NCBI RefSeq assembly: GCF_018977255.1
Contig: NW_024704758.1
Location: 5,642,001 to 5,706,000 of the forward strand
Source: Callorhinchus milii
Lineage: Eukaryota
Direction: 5' to 3'
Length of the DNA: 64,000 nucleotides
Shown here: in pieces, positions 27,401 through 39,410 of the stretch
How the letters are laid out: each line of letters opens with the position of its first letter
How positions within the stretch are numbered: the first letter of the stretch is position 1
Position numbers and translations under genes: made by a program
Notes under the pieces: model-generated
What the model was told of the DNA's origin: nothing
Seen by the model: only the letters and a program-made list of their open reading frames with translations
Database searches by the model: none

Positions 27401-30400
27401 CGAAACAGGAGAAGGAATATCAGGTCCCTGTCATCTGATGGCAAGTGACTTGCAGCACAGGTTTGTGCTGGGAAACAGGTTAAGGAGCTCCCCACAATCA
27501 CTCACAGGAATTAATAATAATGAGAAACATGACTGGACCTCATGTTCATCAACAGACACTGGTGCTGGTTTATAACACTGAGGTTCCCTGTCAAATATCT
27601 ACACTAAATTTCCCCCAACAGCTCCTCATCAGTGGAGTCCTGTAGCTCAGTGGTTAGAGCACTCGCTTTGCAAGCGAGAGACCCGAGTTCAATTCCAGGC
27701 AGAGGGCGAAAGCTTGGGCAAGTTTCCTTACTCCACACGTCTAATAATAATCCCTCCAAAACCAAAAACAATAATAAAAATTGGTCAGTTTCAATCTACG
27801 ACTGTTTGTGGGACATTGCTGTGCGCAATTGGCTGCCGCGTTCGCCCACAAATATACAGTCAATTCACTTTACAGTGTGTTCTGTGAAGCGCTTTGGGAC
27901 GTCTTCCCGACGTGAAAAGCGCTATATCAAATGCAAGGATTACTATTATTATTATCCCATTTCTGTGTAGTTATCCCTGTGGTTCACTGAGGCAATCACT
28001 GTATCACTCCATCCTTTGGCCTCAACTATTTCCTATCTGCATAACATCATCGGTTGGTAATACAGACAATTCCCACACATAGAATCTTTAATCTGTTTCA
28101 GTGTTTCCCCATATAACACATCTGCATAAAGTCTCTTTGATTCGCAGGATTGCTGTCTCAATGCCTCTCAGCAGATCCTATAAGACACCATTTGGTTACT
28201 GGAAGGAGTTCATTCTTAACTCAGTTTCCTTCGAAAGGAATTAGTTGGAAACCAACATATTTTTGCCCGCCTTATGCCTTTATGTGGGCATCTCATTCTG
28301 CCGATTGCTTGCAGCAACAGATATTACACAACCATTTAAAATCAAATAACTGAATCTTACCTCCTTTCTTGGTCCCTTTAATTTGTTTCTTGCAGCAACA
28401 CCAAAGTACTAAAACAAGCAACAATACCAAAGATACGCCACCAACGACACCTCCAACAATTGGCCATGGTATAGTAGATTCCTCCACATTCAGCTTTGCC
28501 TCTCGTACAATATTATAACTGAGTGTTCTGTGTGTCACGACACACATGTACTTATTACCATCGTCGTCCAGGTTTGGTCTGATCCTCAACTGGCTGGAAA
28601 CACTGAATGTTCCATCCCTGTTGGTACCTTTATACTCCGTGCTGAAATCTGATGGAATAATATCCGTCTCCCTTCCGTGGGATACCTTGACCCATCTGAA
28701 CAGGATTTCCTGAGGATAAAATCCAGTTGCATCACATCTCAGAAAGCCTGCCGAGCCATTGGTGATGATGATGTGTTCTGGAGACAAGCTGACCTGTGGC
28801 TGAGCTGTAAAGATTATAAAGGTGCTTTTGTAACTACATCAATCAGGCCATAAGCTTAAATCACAAGCGAGGTTTGGATGAAGAAGACCCTTTCGCTCAT
28901 CTGATTTCATCCTTCTAATACAACTATTCTCCCACCATCCCAGTACTTAATTTCTTAAATGAGCCGAGTGTCCTTGCCTTAACCAACACCCTACCTGGTA
29001 ATCCAATTGAGTCATCAATTACCATCTAAGTAAAAATAAAACTTCTGTCTAGCTTCAAGTGAAATTGTTCCCCTTTACTCAATACAATCCTTTGTAACCC
29101 GGAACTCTGTTGCATTGATTTATCTGAAAGCATTCTTCTGCATTTACTTTCTCAATCCTATATGAAGTCTAATATATCTGAACAAAGTGCTCCTAAAATT
29201 GGACTGGAACAAATGTCGTGTTGTGTTTTCGCAGAATTGTGTTGATGACCAAAAGCATAGTTCAAAGGAATGTTCTTTAAAATGGCAGGTCATCTTAATC
29301 TTACATGACTTTGTAACAACACAACAGGGAAAAGTTTGCAATGGATTAAATCTGGCATTGGGTGACTTAACACTTGTGTATCAGTCTGGCTCAGTCAGTC
29401 ACTGGAGAGAGGGCTGCATTGTTGAAGGTGGTGTCCTTCAGACGAGGCATAAAACCTAGGCCCTGACTACCTGTTTGGTTGTACGTTAAAGATCCACGGT
29501 ACTATTCAAAAAGAGAAGGGAGGTTCCTCCAGTATTTTCACTTGAGTGAGAGGGTCACAGAAGAGTATGGGAGGGAGTAAGGAATGAATGGAAAGTCTTG
29601 TGGAGTGTAAACACTAGCACAGACTGGTTGGACTGAGTGGCCTGATGTGTTACATTGTCAATCTTTTTAAACAATCTCTCAGATAATTCTGACCATTGAC
29701 TTCATGATTGTTTGTGGGATATTGCTGTGCCCAAAATTGGCTGCTGCATTCGCCCACATAACAGTGAAATATTTTGGGGCACCCTCCCAACCTGAAATTC
29801 GCTATACCATATCTAAGGATTATTAATAGAGTAATAATAATAATCCTTACAATTGATATAGCGCTTTTCACGTCGGGTGGACATCCCAAAGCGCTTCACA
29901 GAACACATGGTAAAGTGAATTGACTGTATATTTGTGGGCGAACGCGGCAGCCAATTGCGCACAGCAATGTCCCACAAACAGTCGTAGATTGAAAATGACC
30001 AATTTATTATTGTTTTTTGTTTTGGAGGGATTATTATTCGGCTCTGTGTGGAGTAAGGAAACTTGCCCAAGTTTCGCCCTGACCTGCCTCGAATTGAACT
30101 CAGGTCTCTCGCTTGCAAAGCGAGTGCTCTAACCACTGAGCTACAGGACTCCACACATCACTCCAAGGGAAGGAGGCTCCGTGACAAGTTAACCAGAGTG
30201 GCGAGTTAGGTATATGTATAAATACATAAATAAATGCTGCTGGGATATTGACAGAATGATGACTTAAGTGTTAGTAACATTAAGCCAGGGATGAGATATG
30301 AGGAGTTGCTTGTACTGTGCACAACTGGTTGTTGTGTTTCGCCCACAAAGTACACAGTCAATCCACTCGATGATATATCCCGTGAAGCGCTTTGGAACAT

Positions 30401-31477
30401 CTTGACGACGTGATAAGGCGCTATATCAAATGCAAGGATTATTTATTAGAATTGTATTACGGTGTTAATTCTATACTTAAACATGGCCACTCAGTTTCTC
30501 TCAGACTGGGGGGGGGGGGGCGCTTCACAAGATTGGGTTACGATAACTGATGGCTCTTCGATGTTCCCAATGTACCTGCCCCAGGTATTGTACTGTAAGG
30601 TAATATTACACATCACAACACTGCAATTTGCACAGGCTGCAGAGGGGCATAGCTGAACATGAAGTTAAAAGACTCCACCTTCAGCGCACAGCAGGGCATT
30701 TGTTTTAACATATGAAGTGCTGGGGAATTGCCCAGCCTTCATTTCAAAACTCCCACTCGTACTTCCTCAATCATAAAATGGCAATTTTATCGCCAGTCGC
30801 CAAGGAGGGACACCGCTTACGCAGCTTTTACAGAATTTTCGGCAAATTGTGCAGAATATCACGCGATAATTAAAGACACGGCACGTGCATCGCTTATATT
30901 CTGCTTTCATATTATTCGAATCATCCTTCAGGTTCGAAACAAACACATGAACCATTGCTGCGTCTGTGGGAAATCTGCTGTGAAATGTTTGTGGAAGTGA
31001 AATAAAAGTTGACCCTTTGGCCTCAGTCCCCACCAGTGACAATTCCTGATGCTCAGCCCTTTCGGCTGTTGAGTTGGCACTTAATTCGGGAAACCTCCGC
31101 GGGGCCACACATAGGCAACACGTCTCTGGTGTTCTCCATTCCACAAACATAACAGTTCCGGGTTATGGAGTTGGGCCAAAGTGAAACGGGAGGGGCAGTG
31201 AAGACGGCCCGCGGGCCGCCTCTCGGAACCGTTCATCAGCTCAAACCCCCAACAGCACAGGACCCGCTCCGCGCTGCGGGTTCTCGCCCCGATCCGCAAT
31301 CGCGGTGCGGCCGCTCCCGACAGCGCCGCTCAGGAGCGCAACGGGGAATCGATCTCTCGCTCAGCGGCGGATCAGCGTCACTGACGTTTGCGCCTTTTCT
31401 GTACCTGATCCCGCAATGGAAACCCAGAGGATCAGGAGGAGGGTCGTCCCCTCGGAAGCCCCACCGGGTGCGGACAT
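17976..31477 (-). CDS. Gene B (whole model): V-less paralog, leader-C1-TM plus 5 post-TM Ig-like domains; terminal exon unresolved
   Basis: Join (minus): 31477-31405, 28804-28361, 26525-26094, 24162-23731, 21809-21378, 19702-19271, 18404-17976 = 2674 nt open, all phase 1. No V exon found between 28804 and 31405. Confidence 0.72.
19271..19702 (-). CDS. Gene B post-TM Ig-like domain 4
   Basis: 432 nt, AG/GT; VAPTVTEI...[10 protein letters not shown]...GTFSVNC...[12 protein letters not shown]. Confidence 0.88.
19968..21135 (+). mobile_element. L2-clade LINE, 5'-truncated (RT C-terminal half), frameshifted
   Basis: GVPQGSVLG...MYADDTQLY; RLDYGNSLL...QNSAARVL...LHWLPI...GRAFS...LWNS; (TGT)n tail. 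Confidence 0.92.
21378..21809 (-). CDS. Gene B post-TM Ig-like domain 3
   Basis: 432 nt, AG/GT; [17 protein letters not shown]...TGWEVTGF...[12 protein letters not shown]. Confidence 0.88.
23618..23710 (-). pseudogene. Second duplicated TM-exon remnant with dead donor
   Basis: Same 93-nt TM copy with ATAAG. Confidence 0.85.
23731..24162 (-). CDS. Gene B post-TM Ig-like domain 2
   Basis: 432 nt, AG/GT; close paralog of domain 1. Confidence 0.88.
25981..26073 (-). pseudogene. Duplicated TM-exon remnant with dead donor (GT>AT)
   Basis: Encodes [31 protein letters not shown], a copy of the 3' end of exon 28361-28804, followed by ATAAG instead of GTAAG. Confidence 0.85.
26094..26525 (-). CDS. 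Gene B post-TM Ig-like domain 1
   Basis: 432 nt, AG/GT; VPPRISEL...MNWEVTGF...[12 protein letters not shown]. Confidence 0.88.
26810..27300 (+). mobile_element. CR1 LINE 3' fragment, co-duplicated at 22085-22590 and 24445-24950
   Basis: [43 protein letters not shown]...TRGHQFKM...[12 protein letters not shown]; (ATTCT)n tail. Confidence 0.9.
27632..27955 (+). mobile_element. Young full-length tRNA-derived SINE (Deu-like core, L2-type 3' end, (TAT)n tail)
   Basis: A-box tagctcagtggttagagca, B-box gagttcaattcc; absent from the other two copies of the 2.37-kb unit. Confidence 0.9.
28361..28804 (-). CDS. NCR3LG1: Gene B IgC1 + transmembrane exon
   Basis: 444 nt (same length as in gene A); [11 protein letters not shown]...RW...[29 protein letters not shown], then [13 protein letters not shown], donor G|gtaag with no stop. 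Confidence 0.92.
29833..30154 (-). mobile_element. Full-length tRNA-derived SINE, same family
   Basis: Reverse complement of the 27632 element. Confidence 0.9.
31405..31477 (-). CDS. Gene B exon 1, signal peptide (same peptide as gene A)
   Basis: One synonymous difference from the gene A leader (GGG/GGA); same CAG|gtacag donor. Confidence 0.78.
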
Positions 31478-31542
31478 CGTGGAGGGGTTTGTGACCCCCA
31501 ACGCGGTCCCTCTCCTCCTTCCAACGGCAGCGACTGAGCCGC

Positions 31543-31578
31543 ACTTTCGCTTTCGTTCTGTCTCGTGATTTCTCGCAA
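31543..31578 (-). promoter_or_regulatory. Gene B promoter: ISRE/IRF-E intact, GAS site mismatched (TTCTCGCAA)
   Basis: GAAAGCGAAAGT at 31543-31554; the position equivalent to the gene A GAS reads TTCTCGCAA (31570-31578). Confidence 0.55.
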
Positions 31579-32379
31579 AAAACGGGGGGTTTGCGTTCAG
31601 CGCTGCGATTGCACTCCCGACAGTTTGTTTCTTTTTTTAATATTGTTTTAAATTCAAATGCAACGCGTTATTGTCATTTCAGGCACACGAGGAGAACGTG
31701 GCTGAAACAGCAGGAAAACCAGTGTCTGAAAGCACTTCACAGGTCCAACTTTGTTTGTGGTTGTTTTTATAATAATGATAATAATAATAATAATAATAAT
31801 AATAATCTTTGCAATCTTTGTACCCAAAATACCCTCCTGGCAAGTCTCCCCAGCGCCACCATCCACAAAATCCAGCAGTTCCCAAATCCTCCTCCCGCCT
31901 CCTCACTGGTATTGAACTCCATACCCAATCACACCGGTCCTGGTCTGGGCTCCCCATCACGGAATTGATGGATTTAAAGATCCTCGCTAGCTTTTAAAAT
32001 GCCTTCATACCCTGGCACCTCCCTTCCTCTCTGACCTACTTACTCCTTTCCTCCATCGGTGGCTGCGCTTTCAGCCGCTACGTCCCCCAAACTCTGGAAC
32101 ACTCTTTCTCTATCCCTCTGCTTTCCCCTTCCTTCCCCGTCTTCAGGTCATGCCTGAACGCCTTCCTCTTCGACCCGTGCCTACTGTCCCCTCCCCTCTG
32201 CTTGTTCTGCCACTGTCAAGCTCTGGGACGCTATCCTGCGTGAGCGGTGCTATATAAGTGCAATTTGTTGTTGGTATATGCCTTATAACATCAGGAGGAT
32301 GTCTCAAAGTGCATCACTGGATTTACTGGAAATTATTGATCGAGGGTATTGATGGAAGATACAAAGGCCCATCAACAAC

Positions 32380-32850
32380 AACAACAACAAATTACATTTG
32401 GTGTACGAGGATGACCAAAGGCATGGTTGAAGAAGAGGGTATTGAGACAGGTAATGGAGGGAGCAAGGTGAAGAGATTATGGGATGGGGACAAAAAGGCT
32501 GAAGGCCCGACTGCCGATGGTGGGGCTGCCCAGGAGGGGACATGGAGCAGGGATGGCGTTAGTAGGTCACAGAAGTACGGCGGAGCAAGGTCATCGAGGG
32601 CTTTAACTTGAAGACGAGGATTTTGAACTCTTCTGGGGATGGGAACCAGTAGAGCCGGAGTGGGGGTGATGGGGTCACAGAGCCTGGTGAGGGAGAGGAC
32701 ACAAGCTGCAGAGTTCTGTATGATCTGCAGCTTGTGAAGGGAAGAGTTGAGAAGCCCGACAAGCAGGGAAGCACACTCAATAAAGTAAACGTAGGAAAAC
32801 TTTCCACAATGAGGGAAGCAAGATGTGTCCTTCCAGGGAGAGAGTGCATG
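32380..32850 (-). mobile_element. L2 LINE fragment (adjacent plus-strand L2 3' end at about 31925-32270)
   Basis: SLHKLQIIQNSAACVLSLTRLCDPITP...DDLAPPYFCDLL. Confidence 0.8.
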
Positions 32851-35800
32851 TTCCATTCCAACAATCTCTCTGGGATTTCCACGCGTAGATAGGATGCGTT
32901 GAAATTTCAGCTTTGCTTGGGTACTTGTAAGCATGGTGGTGGATTTCCGCATGTGTCGGACACCTGACAGATCAAAAAAAATCTTCAAGCAATATAGGCA
33001 AGCAGAAAATGACTCCTTCCCCTTTCATTTCTGTCCCTTGCCCCGGCACCCCCACACCACCACCACTGCCTCCCTGCCCACTCTTCACACAACGTTGCGG
33101 GCGGTGGGGTGGGGGTTGGGGGGGGAGTGATTGAAGCACGGAGGTCCTGAGGTAAGGGCCACAAATTGGACATGTATGAATACATTCAACAGCCACAATG
33201 TGCAACATTCTGATGTTTTTCCATTGTGAGTCTTTACACTCAAGCCTTTAAACTCAGTCGAGGCTGACACTCCAATGCAATGCAGGGAGTGCCATCTCTC
33301 TTGTGATGAGATGTTAAACCGACATCCTGTCTGCCTGTTCTGGTGAACATTAAAGATCCCTTGGCATGATTCGAAAAGAGAAGGCAGTGTCTGTCTCGCT
33401 GTGTTCTGGCCAACAAACAATCAGATGAAATTGGCCATTCACTTCATGGCTGTTTGCTTAAATTGTCACAATACCTTAATTATATTTATTCTGTATTTAA
33501 TTTAAATGAAATTATTGACTCATAAGTCTTTTTATGTTTTCAGACACCAAGCTCAGAGAAAAGTTTAAGAAATCTTTACACAGTACAGCAATGTGTGTGA
33601 TACAGAAAGTTATTTAAAAGTTGGGGAACAGCATAACTTCTATTTCTTTATTCTTCTTGTGCGTATTCTTGTATCTTTCTCTTCTATCTTCCTCACAAGA
33701 CTGTTCAGAAGACAAGCAGTTACAAAAGCTACATTTATTCCCACTTGCTTGCTTAATCGTTTCTTCAATTCACAAGCTGCAACACCACCGGTTGGTTTAT
33801 AACACAATAATTATCATTAGAACATTCCTTCTCCCCCTGACTACATGTTGATCACATTGGTAAACAAGGGACTTAGATAAGGAAGCACAGCTTGCACAAG
33901 TAAACCAGTGACATGAGATTAGGAGGCTCCAATTTCTCCAATTATGACACAAGACCATTTCTGCACTTGTGACCCAAGGCCATCCCATTAACACATACAT
34001 CAACGCTGTTTCTTTGTTCCACCTCTCACCCAAGACATGGATCATCTTGTAGTGCATCCCTTCTCCTCTTTAACGTAACCAATGAACCAAGGAAAGGATA
34101 ATTAATATCCATCAGGTCCAAACCGAGAAATGTCACAAAATGATCAATACAACCTCACTTCAAAGTATACCAGTTTGTAGGATCACTTGCGAGACAATAA
34201 TCACGCCTGAAATGGTTTCAAAAAATTATAGACTTTATTAATCAACAATAATAGTGAATCCAGTTAAACTGCCAATAAAAGCACAGTCAAATGCAGCAAT
34301 GACGACTTTATAAGAGACCATAATATAGTAGCAACTCATTCAGAGATTATGCTATTGATCAGTTAACTTCTCTGGAAAAGGAATGACTTGTCTTAGCCAA
34401 CTGCTTCTTCAGGCACCTCGTACTGAACTTTGACTAAACTTCCATTTTTACATCCCAAAGTGGGCTCACATGACTGTGAGTAAAGGTGGAGACGGAGGCT
34501 ATCTTACCCAATGTGAGTTCAGTTAGATTGTCCAATCATATTCACAAACTGGTTCATCCAATCACTTTTCCATACTGGGGGTAGGCACAATCACAGCCTC
34601 ACTACCTCAATGTCCTAACCCTAAAGGAATTGGGGTTTTGTTTCATGTTATGATAACCAGTGGAGTCAGAAGTTGAGGCCAAATGTCCATTTTCCGACAT
34701 TGACACCTAAGGTCATAAAACCCTTTCTTTAATAAACACAGAATTGCCACTTATCCCACTTCTTGGGATAGACTATGAAATGAAACCTTTGTTGAGGCTT
34801 CCTTTGGCTGCTCATTTGAGGATTCCAAATAAGGAAAGGAGACCCTGATCCATCAAGTCTACATCAAGACATGTCACACAAAAGGACAACAGCAACAACT
34901 GCATCTGGTCACCTCCTTCCCCACATTCCAGTGCTTAGTCATGGTGCACTCACACTCCTTTCACACATTCAGCCCCACATCAAGCAATGATTTGAACCCT
35001 TTCCTTACAATACCAGGCAGAGCCAGGACATAGATAGACAAGATGGATAGATAATCATTTCTAGCAAGGTTACCCAAGTCACAAAGATACAATCATCAGC
35101 CAAACCCTACTTTTAGATACAGCAGAACAAAGGTTAAGAAACTTCCATTATATGCAAAATGCATAAAAAAACAGCATTATAGTTGACTAAATTGCTCTAA
35201 AATGTTAAAGTGATTACAAATATATGTTTCATTCTGGCAAAGCTTAACAATGCTATATAATACATATATATATGGCAAGAACAACACAACCATGATGTTT
35301 CAGCACAAATTGGAGTTGCATGTGACAAGATGTTAACCCGAGTTAAAGACAAGCAAGTGGACAGAACATCGGTGGACCTGGAGTTGCAGCTGGAGAAGGA
35401 GAAACAGTCAACCACATATACATGTGAAAAATAAAACTAGTTTGCGAGAGTTTAATAACAGACAGAAGCAAAGCACCGACACGTTAACCCTTTGCTCTTA
35501 ACAGAATTACCATTAAACAGTGATTCTTTGTACTTCTGCAAAACTGATACATTTCTAATAACTTTCCAACAACTGCCAAAGCTGATCAATGTTCACATTG
35601 TGGTTGTCAGAATCGAAAGCCGCGACGATGACTGTGGCTGTTACACACGCGGAGAGACTGGCAATCGCACGATCCTCACATCTAGGGTGTGGAATGCTGA
35701 AAATTTCCACCATCTAAACCAAAGGAAATTTCAATAGATTAATCACATAAATTGCACATTTCAGTCCAACAAACACCTCATCATAACTTGTAAGTATTAA

Positions 35801-35911
35801 AAAAAAGTTTGCTTCATTTAACAAAGTGACTGTAGAGAACTGGAAGACAGCAAGTAGGATAGGTAGTTACGTGGACGAGGATTGTAGCTCTGAGCGGATG
35901 GTGAGGCCTCT

Positions 35912-35958
35912 TCATTTGAATCTCCCACTGTGTTGTGTTTGGCGAGATGCTGATTCAC
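35912..35958 (-). CDS. Gene A terminal coding exon, copy 2
   Basis: Duplicate of 41260-41306; ATTAAA at 35451-35456. Confidence 0.55.
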
Positions 35959-36904
35959 CTGTGGAGACAAATTTCAGAGAAAGTTATTGCTCAGAAAGGG
36001 TTATTATTGGGTACAAACATATTTATATACTTAACATCCATGAAGTGAATTATACCCATGGTGCTGATCGGGAGGTGAGGTTTGTTTATATTCTTTATTG
36101 ATTACCAGGGTTTCTCATGTCTCAGTCCAGACAGTTCATACACACAGGGCCCCAGAGACCAAATGGAGCAGCACAGCTACTGGAAACTGGAATTTCAAAT
36201 TGATTTACATGCTGTGAGTTGGCACATTTGTTGTTAAAGTTCAAACATTGCTGAAACAGGCTGAGTATATGTATGGGCTACTAATCACAAGATAGAGAGA
36301 GAGGAGAAAGAGAGAGAGAGGCAGGCCAAGGAAAAGAAACTGAGAAGTAAGAGACCACATGAGCTCACCCAGGGGAAAGGTAACTGATCACTGCTACTTC
36401 TGAGTTTGTCACTACTTTATCTGGAAACTTGGATACTGTCTGGTACGTGTATAACCATTGTCTTCAGAACTTATTTAATAAAGGAAACTGGAATTTGAAA
36501 TTGATTTACTTGTGGAGACAATTTGGGAGAATCTTATTGTTCAGCAATGGATTTTATTGGGACAAAAATATCTATATACCTAACATCCTTAAAGTGATAG
36601 ATAACCACAGTGCTGATCAGGGGGTGAGCTTTGATTATATTTTTCACTTATTACCAGGAATTCTTCTGTCTCAGCTCAGACAGTCAACGTGGGCAGGAGA
36701 TTCACACACAGAGACCAAATGGACAGCACAGCTACTGCCTCGGTCAGATCAGATCCCAGAACAGCACTTGAAACTTAGAGCTTCTGACCTGAGAAGCTCA
36801 ACACTGCACTGAGCAGTGACTTCAGCTGCTGGGCCATCGGGGAGCAAATCATTACAATATCCTAAACATTGTCACAGAGCACGAGAGACAGAGAGGACAC
36901 CTAC

Positions 36905-37336
36905 CTCCCGTAACGTGTAATTTTAACTTCTCAATGAGAGGTTCACAAACACCAAGAGCCTCGTGCTGAACCTGAACAGTTAATTCAGCTTCATTATGCC
37001 TGGACACGTCAGGAGTCACGGTGATGCTGCACTTTACTCTGAAGGTTCCGTCTTTGTCTTTTTCACATTTGGGCACCTGAGCAGCGAACGAGGCATCTTT
37101 ATTGCGTCCATCTGATAGGTGTTTGAGAGAAAAGGCACTTCCCTTCCCTTCAAATGTTTTCTTATCTTGAGCTTCCCAATGAAACAGTTGCCTAATTTGC
37201 TCTCCATTCCTCTGTAGACTGGAAATAATCGACATTTTCCCAGGAGTGAACCCAGTCACTGCCCATTGCAGCTCGGTTTTCTCACCGTGTTTAATTTCCT
37301 TGGGCTTGGACTCAATTGTAGTAATTTTAGGAGGAA
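36905..37336 (-). CDS. Gene A post-TM Ig-like domain 8 (third copy of the domain-6 exon)
   Basis: 432 nt; same protein as domain 7; flanking introns match those of 43397-43828. Confidence 0.72.
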
Positions 37337-39410
37337 CTACAAAACAAAATGACAAACCTGATGTAAACATTCTAGTCTTTTTCTGCGTGAGACACAAACC
37401 AAATACACGGAAACAAGTGAAAAGCCTGGACATCGTGACAAGAGAAAGGAAGAGAAAAAGTGGGAAAGAGGGACAAAGAGAGACAGGAAGAGAGGGAGAG
37501 ATCTTCACACAGAGGGAGAGACATAGACAATGGGAGACACTCCCTTTTCTTTTCGATGGTGCTGTGGGATTTTTAACATTTAGCTAAACAGTTAGGCGGG
37601 ACTGTGGTTCAACAACTGAACCAAAAGATGGCACCTCCAGCATTGCAGGGCTCCCCCAGGACACACTGCAGTGCTATCCTTGGAAAGAGTTTAACTGAAA
37701 GTTGTGTGTGAGAAAACTGACTTTCAGGAGACAAGAGCTAATTTCCCTCACAAGCCTTTGTCCATTCCCCAACCGTAAAAAGCTGACATATCTCACAGAT
37801 ACTGTTTCCTTGCTTATAATGCCTATAAGCAATGTGAGTGACCTTAAAGCATGGTTGTTTGTAACTCTCACATTGCTTCACACACAATTTATAATCTAAG
37901 TCTTCAGCAAAGCTTCAGAAACAGCTTCACACTATTAGAGAGAACAGCAGACAATGCTGCCGGCTGATGCTGAGCGGGACCATGACCACAGAGTCTCATC
38001 ACTTCTCCATCAACCTACAACAGAGCTACACCCAAACACAACTACAACCTCATCCTGTAAAATGTACACACTGTAATATTGTTACTCAGAGTACTTATAT
38101 CCTCTGCACAGTGTGTTGACAGTATTGAGGCTGTTCCTTCCCAGCTGCAAAGTGCTACCACTGCTCCAGGCTGACATACAAATGGAGCAGCACAGCCACT
38201 GCCCCAGGTCAGCTCAGATCAACTCCCTGCCAACCGCACTCAAACCTTAGAGCTTTTGGCCACATTGTGGTTGTCAGAATCGAAAGCCATGACGATGACT
38301 GTGGCTGTTACACACGGGGAGAGACTGGCAATCGCACTGTCTTCACAAACCATCCATCTGGCGGCTGGAAGCATGAAAATTTCCACCATCTAAACCAAAG
38401 GAAATTTCAATAGATTAATCACAAAAACAGCACGACTCATAAGTCTTTTTATGTTTTCAAAGCAAGCTCATGGAAACGTTTAAGAAATCTTTACACAGTA
38501 CAGCAATGTGCGTGATACAGAGTTATTTAAAAGTTGGGGAACAGCATAACTTCTATTTCTTTATTCTTCTTGTGCGTATTCTTGTATCTTTCTCTTCTAT
38601 CTTCCTCACAAGACTGTTCAGAAGACAAGCAGTTACAAAAGCTACATTTATTCCCACTTGCTTGCTTAATCGTTTCTTCAATTCACAAGCTGCAACACCA
38701 CCGGTTGGTTTATAACACAATAATTATCATTAGAACATTCCTTCTCCCGTGACTACATGTTGATCACATTGGTAAACAAGGGACTTAGATAAGGAAGCAC
38801 AGCTTGCACAAGTAAACCAGTGACATGAGATTAGGAGGCTCCAATTTCTCCAATTATGACACAAGACCATTTCTGCACTTGTGACCCAAGGCCATCCCAT
38901 TAACACATACATCAACGCTGTTTCTTTGTTCCAACTCTCACCCAAGACATGGATCATCTTGTAGTGCATCCCTTCTCCTCTTTAACGTAACCAATGAACC
39001 AAGGAAAGGATAATTAATATCCATCAGGTCCAAACCGAGAAATGTCACAAAATGATCAATACAACCTCACTTCAAAGTATACCAGTTTGTAGGATCACTT
39101 GCGAGACAATAATCACGCCTGAAATGGTTTCAAAAAATTATAGACTTTATTAATCAACAATAATAGTGAATCCAGTTAAACTGCCAATAAAAGCACAGTC
39201 AAATGCAGCAATGACGACTTTATAAGAGACCATAATATAGTAGCAACTCATTCAGAGATTATGCTATTGATCAGTTAACTTCTCTGGAAAAGGAATGACT
39301 TGTCTTAGCCAACTGCTTCTTCAGGCACCTCGTACTGAACTTTGACTAAACTTCCATTTTTACATCCCAATTATTATTATTAAATCCTACTTTTAGATAC
39401 AGCAGAACAA

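Larger units (their letters stand above)
21378..28460 (-). repeat. About 2.37-kb tandem triplication (TM 3' end + intron + Ig exon)
   Basis: Equivalent TM-end positions at 23618, 25981 and 28361; introns align, including the same CR1 fragment in each. Confidence 0.9.

Noticed and set aside
27632-27720. tRNA genes (also 14550-14615, 46955-47010, 61779-61860)
   Set aside because: A/B boxes are SINE heads continuing into the SINE body; no complete cloverleaf.
30767-31568. Overlapping ORFs across the CpG island as separate genes
   Set aside because: GC-rich shadow frames; the only frame with a leader and donor is 31405-31477.
33600-34900. Endogenous retrovirus fragment (Cys/Trp-rich ORF 33797-34057, duplicated at 38730-38969)
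   Set aside because: No recognisable gag, pol, env or LTR motif in any frame I read; left unassigned.
37337-37508. Hydrophobic ORF N-termini (e.g. [23 protein letters not shown]) as signal peptides for stand-alone Ig genes
   Set aside because: They are translations of CT-rich intron and polypyrimidine tract upstream of clear acceptors; not conserved among paralogous exons.
37246-37587. Plus-strand ORFs antisense to Ig exons (also 42045, 43738, 21554, 23883, 26162)
   Set aside because: Antisense shadows duplicated along with the exons; no independent signals.
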